From Squalus acanthias (Eukaryota), in NCBI GenBank assembly GCA_030390025.1, contig CM059425.1, forward strand, positions 178,438,001 to 178,502,000: a stretch of 64,000 nucleotides of DNA, read 5' to 3'. Position 1 is the first letter of the stretch. Each line of letters starts with the position of its first letter. Positions 10,170 to 24,373 of this stretch are shown piece by piece. Both the position numbers and the translations under genes were made by a program. Under the pieces are notes generated by a model that ran no database searches, had not been told where the DNA came from, and worked only from the letters and a program-made list of their open reading frames with translations.

Positions 10170-12563
10170 ATTGGCATGGGATGTGTGCGTCGCTGACAAG
10201 GCCAGCATTTATTGCCCATCCCTAATTGTCCTTGTGAAGGTGGTGGTGAGCCGCCTTCTTGAACCACTGCAGTCCGTGTGGTGAAAGTACTCCAATTGTG
10301 CTGTTAGGGAGGGAGTTCCAGGATTTTGACCCAGTGACGATGAAGGAACGGCAATATATTTCCAAGTCAGGATGGTGTGTGACTTGGAGGGGAAATTGGA
10401 GCTGATGGTGTTCCCATGCACCCGCTGCCCTTGTCCTTCTAGGTGGAAGAGGTCATGGGTTTGGGAGGTGCTGTCGAAGAAGGCTTGGCAAGTTGCTGCA
10501 GTGCATCTTGTAGATGGTACACACTGCAGCCACGGTGCGCCAGTGGTGGAGGAAGTGAATGTTTAAAGTGGTGGATGGGGTGCCAATCAAGTGGGCTGTT
10601 TTGTCCTGGATGGTGTCGAGCTTCTTGAATGTTGTTGGAGCTACACTCATCCAGGCAAGTGGAGAGTATTCCATCATATTCCTGACTTGTGCCTTGTAGA
10701 TGGTGGAAAGGCTTTGGGGAGTCAGGAGGTGAGACACTCGCCGCAGAATACCCATCCTCTGACCTGTACTTGTTGCCACAGTATTTATGTGGCTGGTCCA
10801 GTTGAGTTTCTGGTCAATGGTGACCCCAGGATGTTGATGATGGGGGATTCGGCGACGGTAATGCCATTGAATATCAAGGTGCGATGGTTAGACTCTCTCT
10901 TGTTGGAGATAGTCATTGCCTGGCACTTGTGTGGCATGAATGTTGCTTGCCACTTATCAGCCCAAGCCTGAATGTTGTCCAGGTCTTGCTGCCTGCGGGC
11001 ATGAACTGTTTCATTATCTGAGGAGTTGTGAATGGAACTGAACACTGTGCAATCATCAGCGAACATCTCCATTTCTGACCTTATCTTGGAAGGAAGGTCA
11101 TTGATGAAGCAGCTGAAGATGGTTGGGCCTAGGACACTGCCCTGAGGAACTCCTGCAGCGATGTCCTGGGGCTGAGATAACTGGCCTCCAACAACCACAA
11201 CCATCTTCCTTTGTGCTAGGTATGACTTCAGTCAGTGGGGAGTTTGCCCCCTGATTCCCATTGACTTCAATTTTACTAGGGCTCCTTGATGTCAAGGGCA
11301 GTCACTCTCACCTCACCTCTGGAATTCAGCTCTTTTAACCATGTTTGGACCAAGGCTGTAATGAGGTATGGAGCCGAGTGGTCCTGGCGGAACCCAAACT
11401 GAGCATCATGAGCAGGTTATTGGTGAGTAAGTGCCGCTTGATAGCACTGTGGACGACACCTTCCATCACATTGCTGATGAGTGAGAGTAGATTAATGGGC
11501 CGGTAATTGGCCGGATTGGATTTGTCTTGCTTTTTGTGGACAGGTCATACCTGGGCAATTTTCCACATTGGGGGTAGATGCCAGTGTTATAGCTGTAGTC
11601 GAACAGCTTGGCTAGAGGCAAGGTTAGTTCTGGAGCACAATCTTCAGCACAATAGCCGGGATGTTGTCGGGGCCCATAGCCTTTGCTGTATCCAGTGCGC
11701 TCAGCCATTTCTTGATATCACATGGAGTGAATCGAATTGGTTGAAGACTGGCTTCTGTGATGGTGGGGACCTCAGGAGGATCATCCATTTGGCATTTCTG
11801 GATGAAGATGGTTTCGAAAGCTTCAGCCTTGCTCTGCTCTGCCATCATTGAGGATGGGGATGTTCATGGAGCCTCTTCCTCCTGTTAGTTGTTTAATTGT
11901 CCACCACCATTCACGACTGGATATGGCAGGACTGCAGAGCTTTGATCTGATCCGTTGTTGTGGGATCGTTTAGCTCTGTCTATAGCATGCTGTTTCCGCT
12001 GTTTAGCATGTATGTAGTCCTGTGCTATAGCTTCACTTGGTTAGCACCTCATTTATAGGTACGCCTGGTGCTGCTCCTGGCATGCTCTTCTACACTCCTC
12101 ATTGAATCAGGGTTGGTCCCCTGGCTTGATGGTAATGGTAGAGTGAGGGATATGCCGGACCATGAGGTTACAGATTGTGGTGGAATACAGTTCTGCTGCT
12201 GCTGATGGCCCACAGCGCCTCATGGATGCCCAGTTTTCAGCTGTTATATCTATTCTGAATCTATCCCATTTAGCACGATAGTCCTCAGTGTGAAGACGGG
12301 ACTTCGTCTCCACAAGGACTGTGCGGTGGTCACTCCTACAAATACATCTGCGACAGGTAGATTGGTGAGGACGAGATCGAGTATGTTTTTTTCTCCTGTT
12401 GGTTCTCTCACCACCTGTCGCAGGCCCAGTCCGGCAGCTATGTCCTTCAGGACTTGGCCAGCTCAGTCAGTAGTGGTGTTACCAAGCCACTCTTGGTGAT
12501 GGACATTGAAGTTCATCACCGAGAGTATGTTCCGTGCCCTTGCCTCCCTCAGTGCTTCTTCCA
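10170..12563 (-). mobile_element. Degenerate non-LTR retrotransposon (CR1/jockey-group LINE) ORF2
   Basis: VPQGSVLGPTIFSCFINDLP, FADD, YKAQVRNMMEYSPLAW and KAMGPDNIP motifs across broken ORFs. Same family as 43995-46655. Confidence 0.9.
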
Positions 12564-13461
12564 AGGGGCATTTCTCTTGAATTGCTCTTTTATAATAGAC
12601 TAGCTTTCCTATTCAATTATAATAGACTAATATCTTTGCAACTGTAGATTTCAGGCTAAAAACCCTCTAACTCCCAGGAGTGTGCTTTTTTTTTATTGAA
12701 ATATTTCCAGCTTCCTGGTAATATACCTATGTTTAACAAATTTCAAAAAAGTTTCTCCCACTTCTGTTCTAATTTCCTGGGTTAATTCCATTTACTCCTG
12801 TTGTTCTGTGAATATTCATTCCTTTTAAGTGGCCATTTGGTTACTAATCTCAATTTTTTTATGAACACAGAGGCATCACCAGTCTTACTACTGAAAAGGT
12901 AATTCCACCATTCTCTGATCATTGAGAAGCCTCACTTGTTTTGTATTCTGCTTACTAAAAACATAGCAACATTCCTTGCAATTTCTTTTCTTTTTCTCTC
13001 ATTCTCCATTCCAGATTATGCATTTTTAATTTGCTTTTGATTTTAAGTTTATAGTTCCACACATTTCCATCATTATTTTCCATTTTTTTTTAATATTTGC
13101 ATTTTTTATTTGGAATATTTTGATTTCCAGAAGATTAACAGTAAAACCTAAATCCAAAAAGGGAAATCAAAATATGCTATCAGTACCCTTTTCAACATAT
13201 CTTCAAATATACACAAAAAATATTGTGCATGTGTGCACTTCCTGTCCACAACCTTCACTTCTTGTTATCACAATTTTGTCACACTTTTATGTCAGCACTT
13301 AACATTGAAATACATTCATTAAAGGTTTTACTTGAAGGCCTAAGCCTCTCTCTAAAGGCGAGGGTTCAATTGGATATTATTACCTCATAGCTGTTGGAGA
13401 GGATTTAAGGCAAGAACATATAAACAGGAAGGGGGTATCTTGAGGGTGTAAAAGTGGCTGT

Positions 13462-13524
13462 GGAGGAGGAGACTGATGGACAGGAGGAGGAGACTGATGG
13501 ACAGAAGGAGGAGACTGATGGACA
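13462..13524 (+). repeat. Minisatellite, 3 x 21 bp
   Basis: G(G/A)AGGAGGAGACTGATGGACA repeated three times in tandem. Confidence 0.9.
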
Positions 13525-14477
13525 GGGACCTGGTAGCGAGTTGGAGCCCGATGATTCAAAAGGGGTAATGGTATCTTGGGTCCCATCCTCCTAAACCACC
13601 CTCCCATCCCCACAAGGCGGTTATACTCTGAATACTTCTAAATCCAAGCAGCACCCAATACTGCCATACTGCTCACCTCATGCTCCAACCTCCTTCCTCA
13701 GTCTTGCTGGACCCACCTTCCCAGAAATATTTCCACTCAGATCCCAGGACCGTAACTCCGTGCTCACAAACCTCTAGACCTCATTTCCAGAGCTCCCAGA
13801 ACAACATTAATTCTTAGACCCCAAGACCTCCTTTCCCAATGCCTCTTGTATCCCAGATCCCAGGACTAACTCCAGTGTTCTCTGAACCCCATGACCCTCC
13901 AGTGCCCCAGACCCTCCTTAAAATACTGCTTAACCATGAGACCCCATCCCAATATGGTCAGACATTGGACGCTCTTTCCACCCCTCCCCCAATGCTGATA
14001 ATTCTTTGCCCCTGGTAATACTACTTGATATGACAACCCTATTCTTATAAAGCCTCCCACACACCATGAGCAATGCCACAGAAGATCTGATAGCATCTTT
14101 AAAAGCATACTGCTTTCATAGGCACAAGAGTAGGTCATTCAGCCCCTCAATCCTGTTCTGCCATTCAATTAGATCATGGCTGATCTGTATCTTAACTCCA
14201 TCTACCTTCCCTGGTTCTGTAACCCTTAATCCCCTTGCCCTTTTGGTTGTGCTGTTTTTTCCATCCAGCAATTTTTCTTCCCCAATGTAGTCTCCTTTCC
14301 TTTTTCTTTACATAGAGTGATCAGCAGCTGGATCAGATTGCCAGGAAGGTGGTTGAGTACAGGTCACCAGACTAATTTAAGAAACTGCTGCTTGCGAAAA
14401 TGCAAAGGTGGTATAGTTGGTATTCTGGAAGGATGCGATCAAATTGGCCACCTTCATCCAAATCCATGTGACCTTAA

Positions 14478-15135
14478 GGGGGAAAAATTTGTTTGATTTG
14501 CGCCTCCCTTTAGCGCCCTAAGAGGGCGAAATTCAGCGGGAGGTTAGCGGCGGCGGTAATCGTTTGTGCCCTGCGGTGCTGCGCCGCCGGCGATGACGTC
14601 AATGCCGTGCGCAGCACCCCGGCTGCGATCTTTGGTAGCACCCCCTGACTTACTGCCGGATGCTATGTCCGACATGGTCGGGGCGGCGCAAATTAAAGGG
14701 AAGGTGCCGGGCGGCCATTTTTGTTGCTGGCCGCCTGCCAGCACCTGCCCCCGTTGCTGTCCCCAGCCTTCTGTTCAGCCCCCCCGTGGAGTGCCGGCTG
14801 CGCTCCGTGAGCCTGGCACTTCTCGAGTGCCGGGCTCTTTTGCCGGCACCCGGATCCCTGGTGTCCCAGCTGGGCCCCGGGTCGCGCTGCGCTAGGCCCC
14901 TCCCCTTTAATAAAGGGAGGAAGGCCTGCAGTACTGCGGTGCGACGTGCCGCAACGCCGCGATATTCACTCGCAGCGCCCCAAGAGGGAGGCGGGGTGCT
15001 TCCAGTAGCGCCCCGCCTCCCTCTTGGCGCTACCGGTGAATTTCGGGCACGGGGGCGCTAACTTTTTCGGGGCGATAAAAGTAGCGCCCTGGCAAAGTTA
15101 GCGCCCCAAAGGGGGCGCGACCCATTTTTTCCCCC
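14478..15135. mobile_element. Harbinger/PIF-type MITE (GC-rich)
   Basis: Ends GGGGGAAAAA...TTTTTCCCCC with TAA on both sides (14475-77, 15136-38). Repeated TAGCGCCC subterminal motifs. Confidence 0.85.
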
Positions 15136-16039
15136 TAAATGTTTTCATCGAAACCGTATATTGTATTTCAACATTAGTACATTACCCACTGGTCTTCCAG
15201 ATAACTTGAAGTGACAGAGCCACAATGATCATGTCTGTCACTGACAATGGTCTGGGTGCAGAAGAGCAAGTTACTGCAATCTGATCAGCACATCCACATT
15301 CCACATGGTGTCCCTTATACTAGCTGTGTAGATTATTGATGGCAGAAACACCATATTAACAATTCCACTTCCAACTCCAATTGATACTTGTCACTCCTTT
15401 AAGGCAGTGTATATTTCATTATAGGAAAACAAGATGAAATGTATTACCATATGCTGCAGTGAACATATAGTCCTGCTTATAAATTATACAAACCTGGTAT
15501 TACGGTCACTTGAATGAACCCTGATGATATTTTAAAAAACAATATTGTTGGAGGAGGAGGGACCAAAGGGCCTTCAGGGATCGAGAACTCTGTCTGTTTA
15601 CCTAGGGCTTAAGTTTGATTCCAGCTCAGGCTCACAGAATAGCTGAAAGGGTTGGTGTAAGTCCACAATATAAAACTCCCCACAATTCAACACAAATTGG
15701 TCATTTCACTCAAAAGTCACAAAGATGAAGGAACAGTTGTGAGAAATGGAAAAAATTCACAGTTGAGAGGAAATCTTTTGAGGTTGTGTTTGAGTCATAT
15801 CATTGTTCCTGTTTAAAAGATTTTACTCTGCATATGGACCAGAGTGCTCAAAGATGAGAGGCAAAATGGTGCAGAATGGAGCTTTGTTCCCTCACCCAAC
15901 ACAGTAATTCAGTGTAAATGGGATACAGATGTATTATAACAGATTAAGTGCACTCCAAAACATGAAATCAATCAGAAGTTAATGTAACATTCTAGTAACC
16001 TTCAGGGCTCTGGAAGAATTATGACACTCAAACCAATAA

Positions 16040-18686
16040 AAGTACAGCAGAACAGTCTGTTTTATTACATTATGTAATAATTAAAGAGTTTTTTTTACAA
16101 CATACATTTGAGTTGTGAATTGGATGTTAGGGATGTGGAGCTGAGGGAAAGAGATTGTGTCAACATCACAATATTTTACATATTACACAACCAGTATCTG
16201 ACTGTTGTATCTAAGAGTGTATATCAAGGGTGAGCTTCAAAGGCACGCATAGGGGCAAAGAGGGGTCCACAAAGATACTGCCAGAAAAGAAAAGGCAGCA
16301 AACAGCATACTACTAATTCATTTTATCTCAGGGCATTACATTTTGAATCAAATCAATTCTTGTGAATACTACATTGGCCTTTCAGTATGAACTTATCAGG
16401 ACTCTTTTTGCATCAAAAGTATTGTGGTGAATTCCTCAAGTTAAAATCCTAAGAACGTATTAAAATTGCACTCCGAGTTAACTTATAAACAAACAATCAC
16501 ACAGCATGAACATAAAGAAGGCATGAAAACAGCAAACATATCATTTGTCTGAAACGTACACAGTTAAATTTAAAAAAAAAACTGTCTTGAAGGAATGCAT
16601 CAACGCTAGCCAACATAATGAAGTAATGCAAATGGAGGACACAGAAGTAGAATGTGTATGCACCCTTGTTACACACTTTGGTCTAGTCCCTTCTGGAATT
16701 ATCTAGCTACCATTCTAAACACTAGCCAACTTGCAAGTAAGTGTCCAATTGAGGAAAAGGAAAACTGCAAAAGCAAATAAGTACAAAAATAAAAAAAAAA
16801 CATTCATACAGCTCAATAGATAAAAACCTTATTTCTACAACATGTTGACAATTATTTTAACAGGTAAAAACATTCTATTCAGCGTGCATGACAAACTGAA
16901 AAATGTAAAAAGAAAAACAATAATTAGAAACAGTTGTGCCAAAAGGTTTTCACTATCCTTCTGGCTGCACCTATTATAGCAGTGTCACTCCAGCAGGAAC
17001 CAGCCTGCTTTAAGACTGCCTTGCCAATTCTCTAACATTTACAATGTAGGTTTTGTGGTGCCATCAACTGAGGCACTAGCCAATTGGATAATTTATCACA
17101 CCATAGCGATTGCCCACCTGTCACAAGTAAAAACATTATTAAAGCACATCCGTCTTTCTGAATTAGCCAGTGGGAATACATCATATTACAGTGCTGAAAT
17201 AAAGTAAAAATGAAAGAAAACATACCCAGAGAAATGTGGATGAGTTTCAAATTTTCTGCAATTACAGGGTGTTGGAAGGGCAAGATTGGCACAACTGTGG
17301 ATGATCAATCAAATGTGATAGTGCCCAGATTTCTCTGGGAGTTGAGGAGCCAGAACTTATTTATTCCAAATGGGCAGAAAATATTTAGCAGAAATAGATT
17401 TTTTTTTAAAGGGGGGAAAATGTTTGCAGATTACTAGCTAGAACTCTACACAATTGATGTTGTAAGGCACAAATTTACACATGGAAGAAAAGAGGCTTGT
17501 CAGACAGATGTATACCCAGTTAGAACCAGCATGATTGAAGTATGATTTATGCATGGTAACAGCTTGCCTTTCAGCACGCTCCATCCATTGCTATCATTTG
17601 CTGTGCCACGTGCAAAATTGAGTTGGCTGGCACATGACATGCCAGTGCCTGAATTGCAAATATCAATTACTGACAAACCCTACAGGACTGTTAAATCCTC
17701 ATACATCCTCTTCATAATAGATGGTGACTTCACCTGTGTGCATGGTATCAGAGTTTCTTTCCCTCCCTCTCCTAGTCCTCAGGGGAACAAACCTGGACAT
17801 TTTCATTGATGCACTCTCCCCCTTTCAGCTCGCCATGGACCATGAAATGAACCTGTCACAATAAAATAAATATCCCCCTTTTGCTTTTCCTTTCTTCTCC
17901 CCTCCCCAAGCACTTTGATAACCCTGTCAGCAGCTGAGTAGAAACACTGAGCTCAGTTTTCCACCTCCATATTGTTAGTGGACAGTTACTTTAAAAAAGC
18001 ATTGAATGTCTCCAGTTAATTGACTTGACTTAAATAATTACAAACATTACATTTTAGACTTCTTTCTGATTTTTTTTTTAAAGAGATATCCATAAATTCA
18101 TTTGAAGGAGTCAGTCATATTTTGAAATAGCACTTAAATAATAAATACCAGGAGCTATTAGTGTTAATAGTCACATTAATCATTACAAGAAGGACAATAG
18201 CAGAGATGTAGGCCAAAGCCTTGCCTAAATGGCAAATATCTGCTGTGACCAAGCGGATGTAACACTGAGAGGCATTTCACAGTATCTGCAATCAGTAAAC
18301 TTCGGCTATTGTTAAGTCTGAGACAACTTCTTCAGTGCTTTGTTTTTAAAACGCATCTCCCTAGAGAATAATATGCTGTAGAGTCAAGGAGACATTACAC
18401 GTTTGCCACAGTTTTGTGCTTTTGGCTCATCATTCCATTATCCTGTTCGTGTGCATCAATCATTAACCCCCTCAGACAGAAGTCCAATAGCTGCTAACCC
18501 CACCTTTCAAATGCTGAGTTCAGTAGCTGCAGCAGTCGTAAGAAAATATTCCACTTTTCCCAGGGAGAAGGGATAAATATCCTCAGCTTAACAACAGCTT
18601 GTTTTTAAAACACAAAACTAGTGTTGCAGTTGCAAAGCACTGACTCAGGAAGCAGGGTCCACATCATTTTCTACCTCCCACTGTGA
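16040..18686 (-). other. SEMA6A: SEMA6A 3'UTR (predicted)
   Basis: Follows the stop codon at 18687. AU-rich with no recognisable TE. AATAAA on the minus strand at 16061-16066. The 3' end is inferred. Confidence 0.65.
16061..16066 (-). terminator. Candidate polyadenylation signal AATAAA
   Basis: TTTATT on the plus strand at the end of the AU-rich TE-free stretch. Confidence 0.55.
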
Positions 18687-19861
18687 TTATGTACACGTGT
18701 CATTTGGCTTGATGGAAGCTGAAAGGGGAACAAATGTGGGTTTTGGTGGAACATCTGGTTTTATGGAGGGTGTGCGTTTGATCCCCGATCTTGGCAGAGA
18801 GTTGTATGGTGCAGTGATGCTAGATCGCCTAGTAACGGTTACAGCCTGTGTCTGAGACTGACCTGCATTCACTAGCATAGAGTCTACTCTTTGTGGTGCA
18901 GGAGGGGGATTCTCTCCTCTGTTAAAACTCTGGTTCCTAGAAAGGTGAGAGGAATTGGAAGAGTTAGTATTGTAGTTTCTTTTGAATGCGGATGTTTGAG
19001 GATTTCTTTGCAATGAATTGCTGGAATAGTTTCTCTTATATTCGATTGCATATGAAGGAGAAGGAACATCCAGTCGCTTGCCCAGAGCATTCTGAGGCAG
19101 CCCAGAATTAGTGGATCCAAGTGAGGCTTCTCTCTGAGGAACTTTAGGTGGCACGTGATCTAGGTTTGCAACTAATCCGTGACAGGGACTTTTCATACTT
19201 CTATATTCCAGCGTAGCATTCTGATCTTCAATAGTAATTTGTGCCATTTCTGATCGGTGTCCTTGATCTCCATATTCATGCTGGAAACTCTGTTGAGTGG
19301 TTGGGAGGACTACAACACTTGGAATGTGGTTGGGAGAAGCATGGAGAGGAAGATCCATGGGGATCACTGGCGATCCCATGGAAGCCAGATCTTTTGTGCA
19401 GGCATTGATTAGATTCTGGTTCCTTTCCCATTGGCTGCTCCCACGGCTGAGCTTTCGTTTCTGCTGCAAGGTTGGTGTTGACTCTGGAGTGGGCAGAGCT
19501 GTCAGGTCCAAATGATGCTGGTCAGCTTTTATCAGCATCTTAGTTGTGCCATTTGGTGTTACTATTTTACCATTATGCATTAGAGGAGTCAGCAGAGCTT
19601 CTGGTTTTGGTTCCTTTGTCTGAGCATCAAACAGACCACCGAGTTTTGTGACACTGGCCATGGAACCCCTGCGAGAACGAGGCAAGTCTTTCTCTTTCCT
19701 TTGGCCTACATCAATGTCTCTGCGCCGGTGATCACATATGCAGTAAACGATTATTCCTGAGAAAACTGCCCCCATGACAAAGGCGAGAATAACTGCAATA
19801 GCCAAAAGGGTAACTGGAACAAGCTGATTGTGACCTTTGAGGTAACTTTCACGGATTACTC
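18687..19861 (-). CDS. SEMA6A: Semaphorin-6A last coding exon (transmembrane helix and cytoplasmic tail)
   Basis: tttcag acceptor, then (G)VIRESYLKGHNQLVPVTLLAIAVILAFVMGAVFSG...LTALPTPESTP...WERNQNLINAC...KPDVPPKP...KPNDTCT*, matching vertebrate SEMA6A as I recall it. Confidence 0.98.
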
Positions 19862-20399
19862 CTGAAACATTAGATAGTAGACAGAATTTAGTTTACAGGA
19901 AAAACATTTCTATTCACTTATAAACATAGAGGCCATCGTTAACTTCAATATATACATGATTTTGTAACCTATAAAACAATGCATTGTCTTCACCTTCCAC
20001 AATAACTGCTGACTGTAAAATGATGAGTTTTATATGAAAGACATACATACCATACTGAATGACTACTTTATTTTCCAATCCATCAAAGTCAAGTATCTGA
20101 TATGAAACAAATCAGCTAGGGTTTCATCACTGATAGCTATTTAATGACTTGTGCTGTAAAATGTGTGTGGACCTGAACAGGATGGGCTTGGCTGCTGTGA
20201 CATTTACTGTCTAGACTCATAGCTGAAGATTGGTCACTTGGTAAGGTGTTGGATAACCATTTGTATCTGTGGAACTATAGTTTAGTATGAGTCATCCTTT
20301 CAGGAGAGGAAGGGAAAGACAGAAACTCTGTCCTTCTCCATCGACCACTTGCTGCTTTGTTGTGGAGAGACTCAGCTATAACATTGCAATTTCAGTGTG

Positions 20400-20990
20400 C
20401 AGGGAATAGGTGATTCAATGGCAACCAGAGGTTCTGATTCTATATCTGCCTGCTTCCAATTCTGGAGTATTGCCTGCTCATCATTTACCTACTTCCACTG
20501 AAACCGTCATCCAAGTTATTGTTACTTCAGGGATAATTTCTCCAACATTCTACTTGCTAGTCTCCGAAGCTCTAAGCTGCACAAATTCCCAACTCATCCA
20601 GATTTATGTGGCCCACCCCCTATTCCACAAACCTGTCCTCATTAATCCCCACTGACTCCCTGCACTTCCATAAAACGATTTCAAAATCTTTACCTTGGTC
20701 TTTTCATCGCTCTGTGGCCTAGTCCCATCCTACCCCTGCAATTTTCTCTTGCCCCATTTCCCTGTATGTAACTTCAACTCCAACTCTTGTCCACTGTACA
20801 TTCCTCTCTTAGTGGCACATCCTTCAGTACCACACTCCTGTGCACTGGAACCCTCTTCCTAAACTGCTTTGCCTTGCTGCCTCAGTTTGAACTTTTAAAA
20901 ACCATGCCTTGTGTCCTCTCCCTAACTTCTTTCCTATTTCTTAATTAATGTCCACCATTCAACATGTAAATTGCTTTGGTGCATTTAGTT
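20400..20990 (+). mobile_element. Old degenerate L2-like 3' fragment
   Basis: Residual similarity to the L2 3' end at 8650-9290 (atttcaaaatctt, ctggaaccctcttcctaaac). Boundaries approximate. Confidence 0.5.
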
Positions 20991-23099
20991 GGAGATGATT
21001 TCCATAGGACAAGACACGAGTGACAACATGCTACTGCAATATTTTGATGTGAAAAGTGAATGATGATCAAAAACTAGAATAGTGTTAGTAAGGATCAAGA
21101 AACAGGTGTGTAGTTAAGAAAATCAACAAACGTGTAGGTACACCACGACAATAATTGTCCTGGTGGAGGACAGATTCAATCATCTAATCTGGCTGTGTCC
21201 AACCTGTCAGCAGCCTGTCAGTCAAATCCAGCCCACACTTCTCACATTAAACACACAAAGCTGGTTTCAACTATAGTTTGTTTCATTGGAAACTGAAATT
21301 GGCTTTGTATACTTAACATGAGAACGGGCGGGACCGGGTAAATTGCTCAGCTGCAGCTCTTTAAAGTTCCTGGGGCTGGAAGACTAGAAAAAACTGCTCC
21401 TCAATTAGGGAGCAGTGCAGTCTTTTTGCACTAACCACTTCTCCAGGAGGTTAAAGAGTTAAATCTCCCCTATTTTCAAGCTTCGGTGGAGGGGGCGGGA
21501 GTGAGGCTGGGGTGGGGGATTGGGGGGAGAGAAGAGTAAGAGAACACTGGCAGTAAGGATAGAGAGGAGAGGAGAAGTTGGTGGCAAAAGGAAAGGTGTT
21601 GAACGCTGTGTGTTTGGGGCTGTCACTTTTTATGTTGGGGTGTCTGGCTTTTTGTGTGTATTGGAGATCTGGGTGTTTTCTGTGTATGGGGGAGTCTGGC
21701 CTCCTTTATTTATGGGAGGCCTCGATTTGTGGAAATTTGAATTTTTTGCATTTGAAATTTTGCATGCACCAGGACTTGCATTTCTGTGAAATCACACCAC
21801 TCCTTCACTGGGATTGGTGTGAATATCTGGCTCCAAGGCCCAAAAGGTTGGAGATTCCCTGATCTAAGCCACAAAGTTACTTGTCAGTGTAGGGCAACTG
21901 AGAACAACAATAGACCCTTCAATGACATAGTCAATTCAAAATGTTTAAAATCCAAATGTATATTGTCGTCAACTTCTTTCAATGGAATGTACTGTTAATG
22001 TTATGCATTTTTCATTTGTGCAACTTAAGTGGTCAAGTAGTTCATGTGAACAGCAACATAATTTTTTTGCAATAAAGGTATAGTTTCAGGGTTTCAAACT
22101 GTTGAACACTGCTGTTGAATAAAGGAGTCATAAGAATGTTAAAACAATGCTGTTAAGTGAAGAAAACTGGATGTCTTTTGGATTTTCACTACAAGCATAT
22201 TTTGTAATGCAAATTACATTAAAATTAATGCTGACTGACACAAAATGGAATTACCATTATATGAAAACCATTGAATGTGTTTCAATTTAGACACCAGTAA
22301 ATAACTGTTCAGAATTTTTAAAAGAGGTAAGAATATTCAGTGCGAGATTCTCATCTCTCTTCTACATGCCTACAACCTAGTTTGTGTTTACACAGTGTTG
22401 AATAATCTTCATGAACTATTGTATACATAAACAATGATGCCGATCCTAATTGCATTGCAAGACTTCTTTATTTAAAAAAGGAAACATTAATAAAAACAAA
22501 TTTTCTCTGCTAGTGTTCCACGTCACACACCAACTGGCAGTGAAGATGGGCAGGTGCCCTCCTCCCAATTCCACTAGAAGTTTAAATGAGGAAAGAAATT
22601 TTAAAAGTTAACCAGAAATTCTTAGTAAAATTTTAATTAAGGGACTCCTATTAATGGTTTCTCTAGCTGCACCAATTTTTTTTATTCAAACCAATCCCTT
22701 ATCTTTAAATAGTATCCACTTCCAAGGATTCCTCTGAGGTTGAGATGGGCTCTGCCATTTGACTGTGGTCAGCTAACGCAGCACAAAGTGGGGGTCGAGC
22801 CTGGGACCTTCTTGATCTGTACGGCTCAGCTACTCACTGGCTTGACCAGCTGAGCCATCAGGGAAGCTAAAGTTACAGCTTTAATCTGCAGAGCTCCCCA
22901 GCTCAGCCATGTCGATATAGGAATGTATTACTTAGAGGCTGGGCACTTCCCCAAGAATGAAGGGAGGGAAATAAGAGTAATCCTTGAGTTGCTGTCCCAC
23001 CTCCCAATTTCATACAGCTTTGGAAGAGGCCTGAGAGGAGGTCAGTGCCTATCTTTGCAGCCAGTTACTGAGTGGCCTTGGAAGAATAGAGGAGAAAGT

Positions 23100-23780
23100 A
23101 CAATAATCACCTACATTTATAAAGTCCCTTTAACATGTCAAAAACTTCCCAAGACGTTTGAGTCAATAGGCTTGAGTGAATTAGAGGAGATGGCTGAAGA
23201 TGTGAACAAAATGGGAGATTTTAAGGAGGCTTTTAAAAGATGAGGAAGGATAAAGTAAGGAGGAAGGATTTGGGGAAAGAATTCCAGGTATGGGGGCCAG
23301 ATGGCTGATGGCCCTACCACCAGTGATGGAGCACAGGAAAGGTATAGATCAGAGTTAGATGAGTGGATGGTATGAGCAGGCATGTAGGGATGGAGGGAGG
23401 GAGGAGGTAAACAGTGATGAGATTTTTAGATGAGCATGAACAATTTTGAAGTTGATGTGTTGAGGGACAGAGAGCTCGTGGAGGCCAGCAAAGATTGAGG
23501 CAACAGGATTTTGTGTAGGATAGGATGGGTGCATTGGAAATATCGCTAAGTTGGAGTCTACAAGATTGGAGATTAGGAAGTCAGCAAGAAAAGCAGAGCC
23601 TGGAAAAGGCAAAGGCATGAATGAGGGATTCAGGGGCAGTGAGCCGAAGCTGGTTTTCAACTCCTTCCTCTAGTCCGTCACTAAATAACTCCATGTCTGA
23701 AATATGAGCTGGATTTGGCGTTTGAAACTCAGTCCACCATTGAGCAGGATATTGAGGTTGTGCACTGTCTGGTGTAGGGG
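23100..23780 (-). mobile_element. Old degenerate L2-like 3' fragment
   Basis: Reverse-complement similarity to the L2 3' end (ttttaaggagg, gaattccagg, aattttgaagttga). Boundaries approximate. Confidence 0.5.
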
Positions 23781-24373
23781 AAAAATTGTCCTTTAGAAGG
23801 GAAATAACTTTTTCTTTAGATTATTTTGCAATGCAGTTGTAGAGTCAGGATTATACTTTAATTAAACTGTGTGAACACGGACCAGGCCACAGGATTAGTT
23901 GCAACAAGGAATATTCCTATGTATGTGGACCTCCCAATGAGGGTGGAATGTATTCATATAGAAACGTGTGATTAGTAGTAGACGTTTCTTTTTGGTACGT
24001 GAGTTGTTCTTGCAGGTCTTGTGAAGAACTGACCAAGTAACTGGTTTTTACTTCGTTGTCTTATATATGGGTTGCAGAATTTCTTAAATAGCAAAAAGCT
24101 GAAGAGACAATTATAGGGTTTGGATATGCCTACAGTTATCTGGTAACCTTTGTGGTGTTTTAAATGTTGGAATTTCTGACTTCATGCAAGTATTACCATG
24201 GAATTCTGAAATGAGCCAACATTCTTACATCAATTTGCAATTGGACAAAAATCAATATTTGTGAATGCGGCAGTTATAAAGGATTATTTAAACTAGTTAG
24301 TAGGTTAAGAGAAGCTGCGATAGCATGATGATTTAAAATTTATTCACTGATTTCACCAAGACAATCAATTGTG

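Noticed and set aside
13462..13524. CRISPR-like or coding repeat (PPVHQSP)n
   Set aside because: Head-to-tail 21-bp units without spacers in vertebrate DNA; a simple minisatellite.
14544..15061. Overlapping ORFs of 66-133 aa
   Set aside because: They lie inside a GC-rich MITE where stop codons are rare and show no recognisable domain. The same applies to ORFs at 31128-31764.
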